A DNA stretch of 54,136 bases from Dehalococcoidia bacterium (lineage in GTDB: Bacteria; Chloroflexota; Dehalococcoidia; GIF9; AB-539-J10), in NCBI GenBank assembly GCA_049516035.1, contig JBEKTM010000001.1, positions 1-54,136 of the forward strand, given 5' to 3'. The notes below the pieces were generated by a model, which was given only the letters and a program-made list of their open reading frames with translations, searched no databases and was not told the DNA's origin. Shown here piece after piece: positions 25,713 through 34,668 of the stretch (the first letter of the stretch is position 1; the number at the start of each line of letters is the position of its first letter). Made by a program: the position numbers and the translations under genes.

Positions 25713-26033
25713 ATGGCTAAGTGCGAAAACTGCGGACAAGAAATGCTTAAAGCCGATGGATGCACCTATACATACATTCGGCCAAAAGGAGATCCTAAAT
25801 GGTATAAGCGCCTCACCGATGGCTACGCCCAGCCCGGCGAACGGTGACAGGATTGCGGTGCCCTGTATGGGCACACTCACCATTTTGGATGCGATAACGA
25901 ACGCTGCCCGAAATGCGGTGGACAAATCATATCTTGTAATTGTTTCACCGAGAATTCCGAGCTTGCCAATATGGTACCGCTGGCACCGAAGGAGGTGAAA
26001 AGCAATAAACAAACTGACCCGTTTAGCCAATAG
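25713..26033 (+). CDS. Zinc-ribbon protein interrupted by an in-frame TGA (25845..25847): recoding, readthrough or pseudogene
   Basis: GGAG RBS. Reads MAKCENCG...GYAQPGER[TGA][32 protein letters not shown]... to TAG at 26031. There is no start codon for the second half. It replaces the track ORF 25756..25998. Confidence 0.55.
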
Positions 26034-26060
26034 AACAAAAAATAAAAATGGGAGGTAACC

Positions 26061-28022
26061 ATGACAGTACAATTAGTACCCGTCAGCCAAGCGGTCGATA
26101 ACCAATATAACCCGAGAAGTCATTACGATCAAAAAAAGATCGAAGAGCTGGCTTCGTCAATCGGGCAAAACGGACTTCTGGAAGTTCCGAAAGCCCACAT
26201 CGCCGCTCTCGATACTTTCGAGATCGCCTATGGGGGTTACAGACTCCGGGCCTTCAAGTACCTGGAAAAAAACCAGACGACATGGGGCCCGATGATCGAT
26301 CAATACGTCGTCGATGGCAAACTCTGTATGCCGCTCGATGTTATTGAGATATCCGATACCTCAATGGTCATCTACGCTCTGGAAGAAAACTTGAAAAGAC
26401 AAAATATGAGCCCCATCGATACAGCCAGGGCAATCGCCAAATACTTCGAAATCTTCCCCGGAACGAAGGAAGATGATCTCGCCAAGAGACTATCCATGAC
26501 GCAGGGAGCTATCTCCAATATGGTTAGAACAATGACGCTCCCTGCCGAAGTCTTAAAATACGTGGATAGCGAGACCATCAATTTCACCCAGGCCAGAGAA
26601 CTATGCATCTTAATCCCCATCGATGGAATCACCAAAGGAACCGTTGAATCCAAGCTGATTATGATCGACGCGATAAATATGCTCGGGACCGAGGGCGTAG
26701 CCAATACAGTGGGCGGTATAAAGAAGGCTATTCACAAAGTTGTTCACAATACCTTCCGGCCCCTGGCGACTTCCCAATTCGGAGTTAACCCGGAATTCGA
26801 CGTGAACGAGTGCCAGGGATGCGATAAGAACATCAAGACGACCGGTGACGACAATAAAACCGCCTATCACTGTATCGATTCCGCCTGCTGGGATATAAAA
26901 CAAGCCAACGCCAAGCGCAAGAAGGAAGAGGATCGCATTGCCCAGCAGGAAAAGGACGCCGCAGAACTGAAGGCCAAGGCCGACACCGAGGCAGAAGAGC
27001 TGAAGAAAAAGACCGTCCCCATTCCGGAGGGAATCCGTCTGGCCGAAGAAGCTCGCAAAGACGGAGATTGCGAAAATTGTACTCTCGGAGCTACGGATCA
27101 TACCATCAAATTTTCCTACCCGAATGAAAAGGGCGCTTTCCGGCAGGTCTGTATCAAGGACTACATGAAGGTGACCGGGACCAAGCTGGAAGACGTTCCG
27201 ACTGTTGCTCCAAAGGAGAATATTTCTCAAGAAATATCCAGGCCGAAACCGCGCACCTTTTATGTTAGCCCCAAGAAACTTAATCCCGGAGGCGATATCT
27301 ACGAGTCATTCTCCACAATGGAAATTCTCGAAGATAAGCCTATCCACGCCTCCTTCCATGAGGCCGGTGAGGATTACGTTTCTGCGGGAGACTATCCGGA
27401 TATACCAAATGCCAAGCAGGCTTACCGGATGATCCCTAGAGCCGACTACAACCGCGATCTCCGGTCTCTTAAGACCCCGGAGGGTATGGACGCCAAGGCA
27501 TACCGTGATACCCTCAAAAACGACCCGCTAGGCCCCCTTAATGGCGTCCTGGTAACAAACGAGTCTGGCCAGGAGTTTGTCTTGGTAGGACCGATTGTCG
27601 TCTTCACTGAATGGGAAAAGAAACCTGAAGTCGCACCGGCGCCGACGCCATCCCCGGAAACTGGGGAGAAGAATGAGGAGGAAGGCGAAACATCTGAGGA
27701 GGAATCCGAAAATGAGTCAGAGAGCGAGGTGGAAGAAACCACGTCCGAGCCCCCTGCAAATCAGGAGAGCCCGGCTGAAACTCCAGCATCTACACCTATC
27801 ACCACTGTCACGGCATACCCGGCACCAGAAAAGGAGTCTGTCGGCACCAAGTACAAGGTCTCGTTAACCTACGAAGTCACTATTGACGATCGCAAGATAA
27901 CCGACAGGAAAGAGTTAATTAATTTACTCTGGGATGCCTGGCAGGAAGAATACACCGGCGATGCGGACGATCTGACTGACGAAAACTTCACCTTCACAAA
28001 GGGTGAAGCCGCCACAAAGTAA
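26061..28022 (+). CDS. ParB N-terminal-domain protein with acidic C-terminal region
   Basis: NPRSHYDQKKIEELASSIGQNGLLEVP ... AYGGYRLRAF fits the ParB/Srx box pattern. GGGAGG RBS. Confidence 0.75.
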   Translation: MTVQLVPVSQAVDNQYNPRSHYDQKKIEELASSIGQNGLLEVPKAHIAALDTFEIAYGGYRLRAFKYLEKNQTTWGPMIDQYVVDGKLCMPLDVIEISDTSMVIYALEENLKRQNMSPIDTARAIAKYFEIFPGTKEDDLAKRLSMTQGAISNMVRTMTLPAEVLKYVDSETINFTQARELCILIPIDGITKGTVESKLIMIDAINMLGTEGVANTVGGIKKAIHKVVHNTFRPLATSQFGVNPEFDVNECQGCDKNIKTTGDDNKTAYHCIDSACWDIKQANAKRKKEEDRIAQQEKDAAELKAKADTEAEELKKKTVPIPEGIRLAEEARKDGDCENCTLGATDHTIKFSYPNEKGAFRQVCIKDYMKVTGTKLEDVPTVAPKENISQEISRPKPRTFYVSPKKLNPGGDIYESFSTMEILEDKPIHASFHEAGEDYVSAGDYPDIPNAKQAYRMIPRADYNRDLRSLKTPEGMDAKAYRDTLKNDPLGPLNGVLVTNESGQEFVLVGPIVVFTEWEKKPEVAPAPTPSPETGEKNEEEGETSEEESENESESEVEETTSEPPANQESPAETPASTPITTVTAYPAPEKESVGTKYKVSLTYEVTIDDRKITDRKELINLLWDAWQEEYTGDADDLTDENFTFTKGEAATK

Positions 28023-28046
28023 CGCTAACCATTAGCCCTAATCAAA

Positions 28047-28078
28047 AGGCCTGGGAGAACTGAATCTCTCCCGGGCCT
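28047..28078 (+). terminator. Strong GC hairpin (terminator-like, no U-tract on the + strand)
   Basis: 12-bp stem AGGCCTGGGAGA / TCTCCCGGGCCT after the ParB-like gene. Confidence 0.45.
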
Positions 28079-28111
28079 AAAAAATATATTTAAAAATGAT
28101 AGCGAAAGACC

Positions 28112-28141
28112 TTGCATAAGTAAAAGTACTTAGGTTATAGT
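28112..28141 (+). promoter_or_regulatory. Sigma70-like promoter candidate for the replication operon
   Basis: TTGCAT, 18-nt spacer, TATAGT. Confidence 0.5.
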
Positions 28142-28198
28142 TATTGCACATGTTTTTAATCGTACGCAAAAGTAAATAAGAAGCTCAGGGGAGGCCCA

Positions 28199-28420
28199 AT
28201 GGAAAATCAACTTGAAGTAAGAATCACCGTTGATGCTAAAGACATTACTACCGTTTACAAGGCCGCAGATGTCTTAAAAGTTCATTATGTCACCGTCTAC
28301 CGAATGGTCAAAAGGGGTCTCCTGCATGCTATCCCTATCGGCGACCAAACTTATCTCAGTATTAAGGAGGTGAATCAGCTGAAAGAAAAAAGAGACAAAG
28401 AAAATACCAAGATAAAATAA
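28199..28420 (+). CDS. Excisionase-type helix-turn-helix protein
   Basis: AADVLKVHYVTVYRMVKRGLLHAIPIGDQTYL. First gene after a sigma70-like promoter. Confidence 0.65.
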   Translation: MENQLEVRITVDAKDITTVYKAADVLKVHYVTVYRMVKRGLLHAIPIGDQTYLSIKEVNQLKEKRDKENTKIK

Positions 28421-28575
28421 TGCGCCGGGGATACGAAACCCGGCGCAGCACGGGAGGTGAATCATGAAAGGAGTACCAAACGGCAACCAAAACCAGCACC
28501 CTTAATTTAGCAATCCCGCGCTTATTTGTCAATATCTAATCATGCCTATTTTAAAGTTTTTTTATAAGGAGGTGA

Positions 28576-29073
28576 ATTACCACGGGAACCGTTGAGATCA
28601 GTAAACATAAAGGATATGAAATCTCCTATGACAAAGATAGGAAACAATTTCAGGCGCAAACATCTGATCCAGATGATAGCCCGATTGTTGCTGATACCGA
28701 AACGGATCTTAGGGATAAAATAGACCGGGCAATAAAGAAAATCGAAAAAGCCAAGGGCTCTTTCCCAATTGAAATGTTCTACAAGAATTATAACGGAGAT
28801 CTCTACCATGGGAAAATCACCAGTTTAGCCTCATCTGGAGAAATTTGGATATCCTATGAAAAAAACGGAAGGAATGAAAGGGAAAAGAAATCAATAAGTT
28901 TTAATAGATACACAGGTGATTTTTTCTACGAACCAAGCGCACGAAACCAGATAATATTCGATGCCCTAGAAACCTATCGTAAAGAAACAGTTAGAATCAT
29001 GGAAAAAATGGCAGAACTTACCAAAACACTCCAGGATCCCATAGACATGCATAGATTCATAGATTCGATGTAA
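28576..29073 (+). CDS. Hypothetical protein, probable non-canonical (ATT) start
   Basis: The frame is open and protein-like from 28576, immediately after AAGGAGGTGA. The first ATG is 66 codons in, at 28774. Confidence 0.5.
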   Translation: MTTGTVEISKHKGYEISYDKDRKQFQAQTSDPDDSPIVADTETDLRDKIDRAIKKIEKAKGSFPIEMFYKNYNGDLYHGKITSLASSGEIWISYEKNGRNEREKKSISFNRYTGDFFYEPSARNQIIFDALETYRKETVRIMEKMAELTKTLQDPIDMHRFIDSM

Positions 29074-29094
29074 AAGATTAACAGGAGGTGGAAT

Positions 29095-29640
29095 TTGACC
29101 GTAGTTTCAAATGAAATGTGCCAGCCCTCAGGATTACCCGCTTTCCGCAAGAAATTGTCCTACACGGCTAAAACCAAACTGTTCTCAATAGAACTGCCAC
29201 CATTCATGGCGGGGCCGCTGGATAAATTGGAGCTAACAGCCAGCTCCCAATCTGAAGTGGAAAGACTCTTTGCTCAGGCCGTAATCGACATTAAGAAAGT
29301 CAATGTTACGGAAAAGAAGGTCATCATATTCACGATCGAGACAACGGAAATGCGCACCAGCAGCTATGGTTCAGTTGACCCCAAAACCATCGAGATTGCC
29401 TGCACCGTCGCTAATATGCGGACATCGACAATCGGCACCAAGCAAAACAGAAGCTTCGTAACAATCCCCAGTTCCCTTCCCTCTGTCAACTTCGATGACA
29501 GATACAATATCAAGGTGGTGGATTATACCTACGAACTGGAAGCCTATTTCGCTGGCTTGCTTGCAGGCATGAATGACCTCAGAAAATCCATTGAATTCAA
29601 ATTCGTTCGAAATCCCCAGGGAGTATATTCATTGAAATAA
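29095..29640 (+). CDS. Hypothetical protein
   Basis: TTG start after CAGGAGGTGG. 181 aa. Confidence 0.55.
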   Translation: MTVVSNEMCQPSGLPAFRKKLSYTAKTKLFSIELPPFMAGPLDKLELTASSQSEVERLFAQAVIDIKKVNVTEKKVIIFTIETTEMRTSSYGSVDPKTIEIACTVANMRTSTIGTKQNRSFVTIPSSLPSVNFDDRYNIKVVDYTYELEAYFAGLLAGMNDLRKSIEFKFVRNPQGVYSLK

Positions 29641-29652
29641 GGAGGTGAAAAT

Positions 29653-30141
29653 TTGGAGACAAGACCAATGACCATCCAGGAAAAGGCCGACTTTATCGGC
29701 AAATTCAAGACCGGAGACCTGGTAAACGCTATCGCGATTGCCGAGGCTGACTACGCTAAAATCCTTAAGGATCAAGCGAGCTTCCGGTTCGAACAGGCCC
29801 CATACATCAAGGGAGGCCGCGGCGGCGCCTGCGAAGCTATAACCGATCTTGAAGCCCAACTAATATCTCAATCCCCGGCAGAAATCAACAGCAAGAAAAC
29901 CACCCAGGCCGACCGCGACGCATGGCTCACTCACCAGAGGACAGAAAACCCGGAACTTAAGGAAGCCTACGAAAAACAGCGCATGGCGGAAATCTCTATT
30001 GCGGACTTCGATATCAGGGTCAAGATGTCGGAAGTAAAACTTACCGATCTCCGCGCCGTCGTTTATTTCCGGGTTGCCCAGATCAATTTCTTTTCCAGTC
30101 CAGTTACCACGGGAATAATTACAAACGAAGGAAGGAGCTAA
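29653..30141 (+). CDS. Hypothetical coiled-coil protein
   Basis: TTG start after AAGGAGGTGA. 162 aa. Confidence 0.55.
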   Translation: METRPMTIQEKADFIGKFKTGDLVNAIAIAEADYAKILKDQASFRFEQAPYIKGGRGGACEAITDLEAQLISQSPAEINSKKTTQADRDAWLTHQRTENPELKEAYEKQRMAEISIADFDIRVKMSEVKLTDLRAVVYFRVAQINFFSSPVTTGIITNEGRS

Positions 30142-30144
30142 AGC

Positions 30145-31203
30145 ATGCCAGATTTAATAAGACAATCAGATGAAGCCGGCAGTAATGAAGTCCTGCCGCC
30201 CGAGATTAAGATCATCCAGAATACCACATCCAATAAACTGGCCGGGTCAAAGGCGGGCCAGTTTATGAACACGATCACAAACGAGGTATTCGATAACTTC
30301 GAGTTCGTTTTCGTCGATCGCACCGCCACGCGAACCTACTGGGGGAGAGAAACCATCGAAGATGAACCCCCTACCTGCTGGTCTCCAAACGTTAATTCTT
30401 ACGAGTCGGCAGACGGCAAAGACTGTAGAAAGTGCCAATACCGGCTCGACAACGCAGCCAGTGTCACTGCCACAATACGGCGCACCCGATGCTGCACCCA
30501 TTTTACGATAATGGGTATGAAGCAACCCGACTGGGAACCTTTCATGATGAGAATCAACGGGATCAGTACCGGAGAATTCATGCGCCTCATGAGCTTCTTC
30601 AAGTATAACCCGGCCATTCGGGATAAAGAAACCGGTAAGCCAATGTACCACGTTGTCAAAATTCCCGTGAGCACCGTCGAAACCAAGTCCCCGGCCGGTA
30701 CCGCCTTCTCGCTAAAATTCGGGCAAATCCAACCGCTCGACAATGAGACAGTAGAGCTCTCACTTAGTCTATCAGCTGAAATGCTCGGCCAGAGCAATAC
30801 CCTCGAAATCGGAGAGGGCGATAACCAGGAAACCGAAACCAATAAAGATGTTCAGTCCCTTTACGAAGAAAATAAAAATACCGCGCTTCCGGCCGCAGCG
30901 CCGCCCCGGGTCCGCGTGATCAACCCAGAACCGCCCAAGCAATCCGATAAAATCTTCATCGGATATCTGGAAGACGGCCGAGAGATTTACACCGGCGACC
31001 TTGTGCCAGCCGGTGCCCGTATCCTCAAGGAGAAACCCGCCGCGCCTCCAGCGACGGAACCCAAGAGGGAAACCCAAACTATCGGTCTTAAAGATGTCGG
31101 GAAAGCTGAAATCATTATTAAACCCACACCGGCGACTGCTGCTTCGCAGACCAAGACAGCATCAGCGGGCAAGGCCGCGCCAATCGATATCGGCTCTCTC
31201 TAA
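30145..31203 (+). CDS. Hypothetical protein (replication/recombination module)
   Basis: 352 aa. Cys cluster CWSPN...DCRKCQY. Pro/Ala-rich C-terminus. Confidence 0.6.
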   Translation: MPDLIRQSDEAGSNEVLPPEIKIIQNTTSNKLAGSKAGQFMNTITNEVFDNFEFVFVDRTATRTYWGRETIEDEPPTCWSPNVNSYESADGKDCRKCQYRLDNAASVTATIRRTRCCTHFTIMGMKQPDWEPFMMRINGISTGEFMRLMSFFKYNPAIRDKETGKPMYHVVKIPVSTVETKSPAGTAFSLKFGQIQPLDNETVELSLSLSAEMLGQSNTLEIGEGDNQETETNKDVQSLYEENKNTALPAAAPPRVRVINPEPPKQSDKIFIGYLEDGREIYTGDLVPAGARILKEKPAAPPATEPKRETQTIGLKDVGKAEIIIKPTPATAASQTKTASAGKAAPIDIGSL

Positions 31204-31228
31204 AATTCGCCTCTAAAGGCGTGGATTG

Positions 31229-31251
31229 AAACAAACAAACAAACAAACAAC
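31229..31251 (+). repeat. Tetranucleotide microsatellite (AAAC)5 plus AAC
   Basis: Five perfect units at 31229-31248, 3-4 nt before the GGAGG RBS of the primase gene. Confidence 0.95.
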
Positions 31252-31262
31252 TGGAGGCGAGT

Positions 31263-34235
31263 ATGCCATTCGCCAACTTGGGTGAATTTCTAGCACATCT
31301 CAAGGGCGTAAAAACCGCGGCAGGGGGACGATTCATGGCCCTCTGCCCGGCCCACGCCGATAAAAACCAAAGCCTGTCTGTTTCACTCGATACGAATAAA
31401 ATTCTCTTAAAATGCCAGGCTGGGTGCAAGACAGAAGATGTGGTAAAAGCCATGGGTCTTGAAATGAGAGACCTGTTTCTCATTCCGCCGGGAAAACCCA
31501 AACCGGTTAGATCTCCAAACGCGGATACTAAACCTTCCGGAGAAATCGATCATGTATATCAGTACACAGATGAATCGGGAAAAGTAGTCTGCGAGACCGT
31601 AAAATTTAAACCGAAAGCCTTCAAGCAGAGACGGCCGGATGGTAAGGGCGGCTATATCTGGAATCTACAAGGAATAAAGCCACCCTTATACCGATTACCT
31701 GAACTTCTCGAAGGGATTAAAAATAAACAAGTAATCTTTATTCCAGAAGGCGAACGCGATTCGGAAAGCCTCCGCGCCTGGGGGATCGTCGCAACGACAA
31801 ACGCCATGGGCGCCGGCACCGGAAAATGGAAGCAGGAATACAGTGAAGTCCTGCGCGGCGCCGACGTCGTTATTCTGGCTGATGTCGATCCGCCAATCGA
31901 AAATAAACCCGGCGAAGATCCTCCCGGGCTGGCTTTCGCCAAAGAAAAAGGAGTATCTCTCACCGGCGTCGCCGGCCGAGTGCGCCTTTTCGTTCCGCCG
32001 GTTAAACCTGTTGAAATAAGCGGGAAACTCCACGGCCAGGATATCACCGACTGGATCGAAGCGGGCGGGACTAAAGAGCAGTTCCTTAAGATGGTCGATG
32101 AACTGCCAACGTGGGAACCGGGACCGGGAGACAAAACCAGGCGAGCGCCGCTTGTCGAAATACAATGCTCGTTTGTCCACTTGAGACAAATAACCACAGC
32201 TGCCTTGGCTGCCTTAGTTGCGGCCAATAATCCACCTTTTCTATTCATACGCGCTGGATTAATTGTAAGAGTAACCCGAGACGAGAATAGCTCTCCCGCC
32301 ATCGAAGAATTATCAGAAAGCGGGATGAGGGGAACCTTAGAAAGAGCTGCTAATTTTATCAAATTAACTGCAAAGGACGATACAATACCAATTCCTCCTC
32401 CCATAGAAGTTGTAAGAGATATAATGTCTCTTAGAGATTGGCCTTTCCCTCCACTTGAAGGAATCAGCGAAACGCCAACTATCAGAACAGACGGAACAAT
32501 CTTATCAAAACCCGGATATGATCCAATCACTCGTCTTTATTATGTCCCAGCACCGGGACTGAATCTTCCACCAATACAAGAAAAACCCACCATGGAAGAT
32601 GTTAAAAACTCAACAGAATTACTTAAAGAAATAATCTGTGATTTTCCCTTTGATGGAGAAGCATCGTTAGCTAATGCAATCGCGGCAATCATAACCCCGG
32701 TACTACGCCCCCTTATCAGCGGACCGGCACCAATGACTCTCTTTGATAAACCGCAAGCTGGCACTGGTGCTAGCTTGCTCGCTGATATCACTTCATTAAT
32801 TGCGACGGGAAGATCCTCGGCTGTGCTCACGGCACCATCGGAAGACGAAGACTGGCGAAAATCAATTACATCGTTACTTATGCTTGGTCGTAATGTGATA
32901 ACGATAGACAATATAGAAGGTCGACTATCCTCACCGTCTCTCGCCGCTGTGCTCACTTCGATATCCTGGCAAGATAGAGTGCTGGGCCATTCTCAAATGG
33001 TTATATTGCCACATCATGTTAGTTGGATCGGCACCGGAAATAATATACGACTTGCTGGAGATCTTCCGCGGCGTTGTTTTTGGGTCAGAATGGATGCTAA
33101 AGAAGCCCGGCCCTGGCAAAGAAAAGACTTCCGACATCCCCATCTTGTCCAATGGATAATCGAAAAACGTGGCACTATAATCATTGCCATTTTAACAATA
33201 GCTCGAAGCTGGATATTATCCGGTAAACCTCAAGTAAAAGACCTTCCCGTTATGGGTTCTTTTGAAACATGGGTTGATCTCATTGGAAATGTTCTTGATT
33301 ACGCTGGTATTAAAGGGTTTCTTAACAATCTCGAAGAAATGTACGAGACAGCTGATGAAGAAACTCCACAATGGGAGAATTTTATATCAGTTTGGCTTGA
33401 TCAATTACATTCAAATTCCTATACCGTCGCCGAATTAGTCGGATACCTTAAAACCAACAAGGAGCTTGGTGATGCGATGCCGACTGATATTGCTGATAGT
33501 ATCGAAGATAAGGGATTTACAAGAAAATTGGGCCGAGCGCTGAGCAAAAGGTCCGGTGTCCATTATGCAAATAACTTGACAATTTATAAGGGCCGGGTGG
33601 AGCATGGTGCCATTAAATGGAATGTAAGTAAGTGGGAAAAAACTCCCCAAACTCCCCAAACTCCCCTATTTGGAAATGGGAATAAACTCCCCGAAACTCC
33701 CTCGCCAGAAATTCAACCCGAAGACCATGGGAAAAAAGGTTTAGAAACAGAACCAATAAAGTTCACAAATAATACTATTTTCGAAGCTACGGGTACTTTA
33801 CATAAAGGGGGAAAAGATGCCCAAAATGACCAAAATTTGTTTGTTGAGGACGAGAAACTCCCCCTTTTCGAAGCTGAGGGGAGAGTCGGGGAGTTAATTC
33901 CCTCCCCAACGCATGAGAATATGGAAGAAAATATTATATATAGGGGGAAGGGAATAAACCCCCCAAAGTCCAAAACTCCCCTTTTGGAAATTTCACCAGA
34001 ACAGCAGGAAATACTTAAAAAAAGCGAAGAAGTTAGTCGTCGGTTAGGGATGGATGTGGTACATGCGCATGAGTTATGGGAGGCAGCCGGGTCGCCGCCA
34101 CTTAAGCTTGGTGACCGGACTATCGAAGATTTAGGGGAGGCGTTGATATTTGAGGAATTTACTGATGAAGAATTAAGAAAATTAACCAAGTGGTTAAAAA
34201 TGCAGGAGGGGATAAGATGGGAGAAATTAGATTAA
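31263..34235 (+). CDS. DNA primase (CHC2-type zinc finger plus TOPRIM) fused to a large C-terminal replication domain
   Basis: CPAHADKNQSLSV...CQAGC (CHC2-like). IFIPEGERDSESLRAWGIVATTNAMGAGTGKW...VVILADVD (TOPRIM E and DxD). P-loop-like KPQAGTGAS. Confidence 0.8.
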   Translation: MPFANLGEFLAHLKGVKTAAGGRFMALCPAHADKNQSLSVSLDTNKILLKCQAGCKTEDVVKAMGLEMRDLFLIPPGKPKPVRSPNADTKPSGEIDHVYQYTDESGKVVCETVKFKPKAFKQRRPDGKGGYIWNLQGIKPPLYRLPELLEGIKNKQVIFIPEGERDSESLRAWGIVATTNAMGAGTGKWKQEYSEVLRGADVVILADVDPPIENKPGEDPPGLAFAKEKGVSLTGVAGRVRLFVPPVKPVEISGKLHGQDITDWIEAGGTKEQFLKMVDELPTWEPGPGDKTRRAPLVEIQCSFVHLRQITTAALAALVAANNPPFLFIRAGLIVRVTRDENSSPAIEELSESGMRGTLERAANFIKLTAKDDTIPIPPPIEVVRDIMSLRDWPFPPLEGISETPTIRTDGTILSKPGYDPITRLYYVPAPGLNLPPIQEKPTMEDVKNSTELLKEIICDFPFDGEASLANAIAAIITPVLRPLISGPAPMTLFDKPQAGTGASLLADITSLIATGRSSAVLTAPSEDEDWRKSITSLLMLGRNVITIDNIEGRLSSPSLAAVLTSISWQDRVLGHSQMVILPHHVSWIGTGNNIRLAGDLPRRCFWVRMDAKEARPWQRKDFRHPHLVQWIIEKRGTIIIAILTIARSWILSGKPQVKDLPVMGSFETWVDLIGNVLDYAGIKGFLNNLEEMYETADEETPQWENFISVWLDQLHSNSYTVAELVGYLKTNKELGDAMPTDIADSIEDKGFTRKLGRALSKRSGVHYANNLTIYKGRVEHGAIKWNVSKWEKTPQTPQTPLFGNGNKLPETPSPEIQPEDHGKKGLETEPIKFTNNTIFEATGTLHKGGKDAQNDQNLFVEDEKLPLFEAEGRVGELIPSPTHENMEENIIYRGKGINPPKSKTPLLEISPEQQEILKKSEEVSRRLGMDVVHAHELWEAAGSPPLKLGDRTIEDLGEALIFEEFTDEELRKLTKWLKMQEGIRWEKLD
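33640..33993 (+). repeat. Cluster of AAACTCCCC iteron-like repeats inside the primase gene
   Basis: Perfect 3x tandem at 33640-33666. Further copies at 33684, 33694 (8 of 9), 33855 and 33973. One inverted GGGGAGTT at 33888. Confidence 0.8.
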
Positions 34236-34375
34236 AGATATCAGACAAGCTCCATACTGCCGTGAAGCGCCAGGCGGAAAGCGAGCATTTAAGATTACCC
34301 GATTTTATCGAAAAGGTTATCCGGAATTATATTACAGCTATTAAGGACATTAAGGAGAAAAACAAGGAGATGTAA
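34217..34375 (+). CDS. Ribbon-helix-helix (CopG/Arc-like) small protein
   Basis: CAGGAGGGG RBS. MGEIRLKISDKLHTAVKRQAESEHLRLPDFIEKVI shows a beta-strand followed by two helices. Confidence 0.5.
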   Translation: MGEIRLKISDKLHTAVKRQAESEHLRLPDFIEKVIRNYITAIKDIKEKNKEM

Positions 34376-34377
34376 AT

Positions 34378-34668
34378 ATGTTAAATCAAGAAGAGTTTGA
34401 GAAAAGGATATTATCAATTCCCGGAGTTACGGATGATGGCCATGGTAATTTTAAGGGCCTAAGATTATTAACTCCGCCAGAGAGAGAGGAACGGCAGAAA
34501 AATGCCCAAAAAATTCAGAAGCTAATCTGTCTTGTGTGTGGGGTAAATATTCAATGTGGCGGTACTTGCATTCTTATAGACAGAAAACTTTCTATACAAA
34601 TAGCTGCGATGATCCCGATTGGGATTAAATTAAATGACGCGGTTGCCGTGAAGGTACAGGAGGTTTAG
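34378..34668 (+). CDS. Hypothetical protein
   Basis: 96-aa ORF with AAGGAG RBS. Confidence 0.5.
   Translation: MLNQEEFEKRILSIPGVTDDGHGNFKGLRLLTPPEREERQKNAQKIQKLICLVCGVNIQCGGTCILIDRKLSIQIAAMIPIGIKLNDAVAVKVQEV

Noticed and set aside
25479-26072. Long minus-strand ORFs from the track, for example 25479..26072, 31652..32530, 51802..52617, 7686..8423, 35671..36231 and 21335..21817.
   Set aside because: Each lies antisense to a plus-strand gene that has an RBS and recognisable motifs. None has an SD sequence, and their sequences are compositionally odd. I treat them as shadow ORFs.
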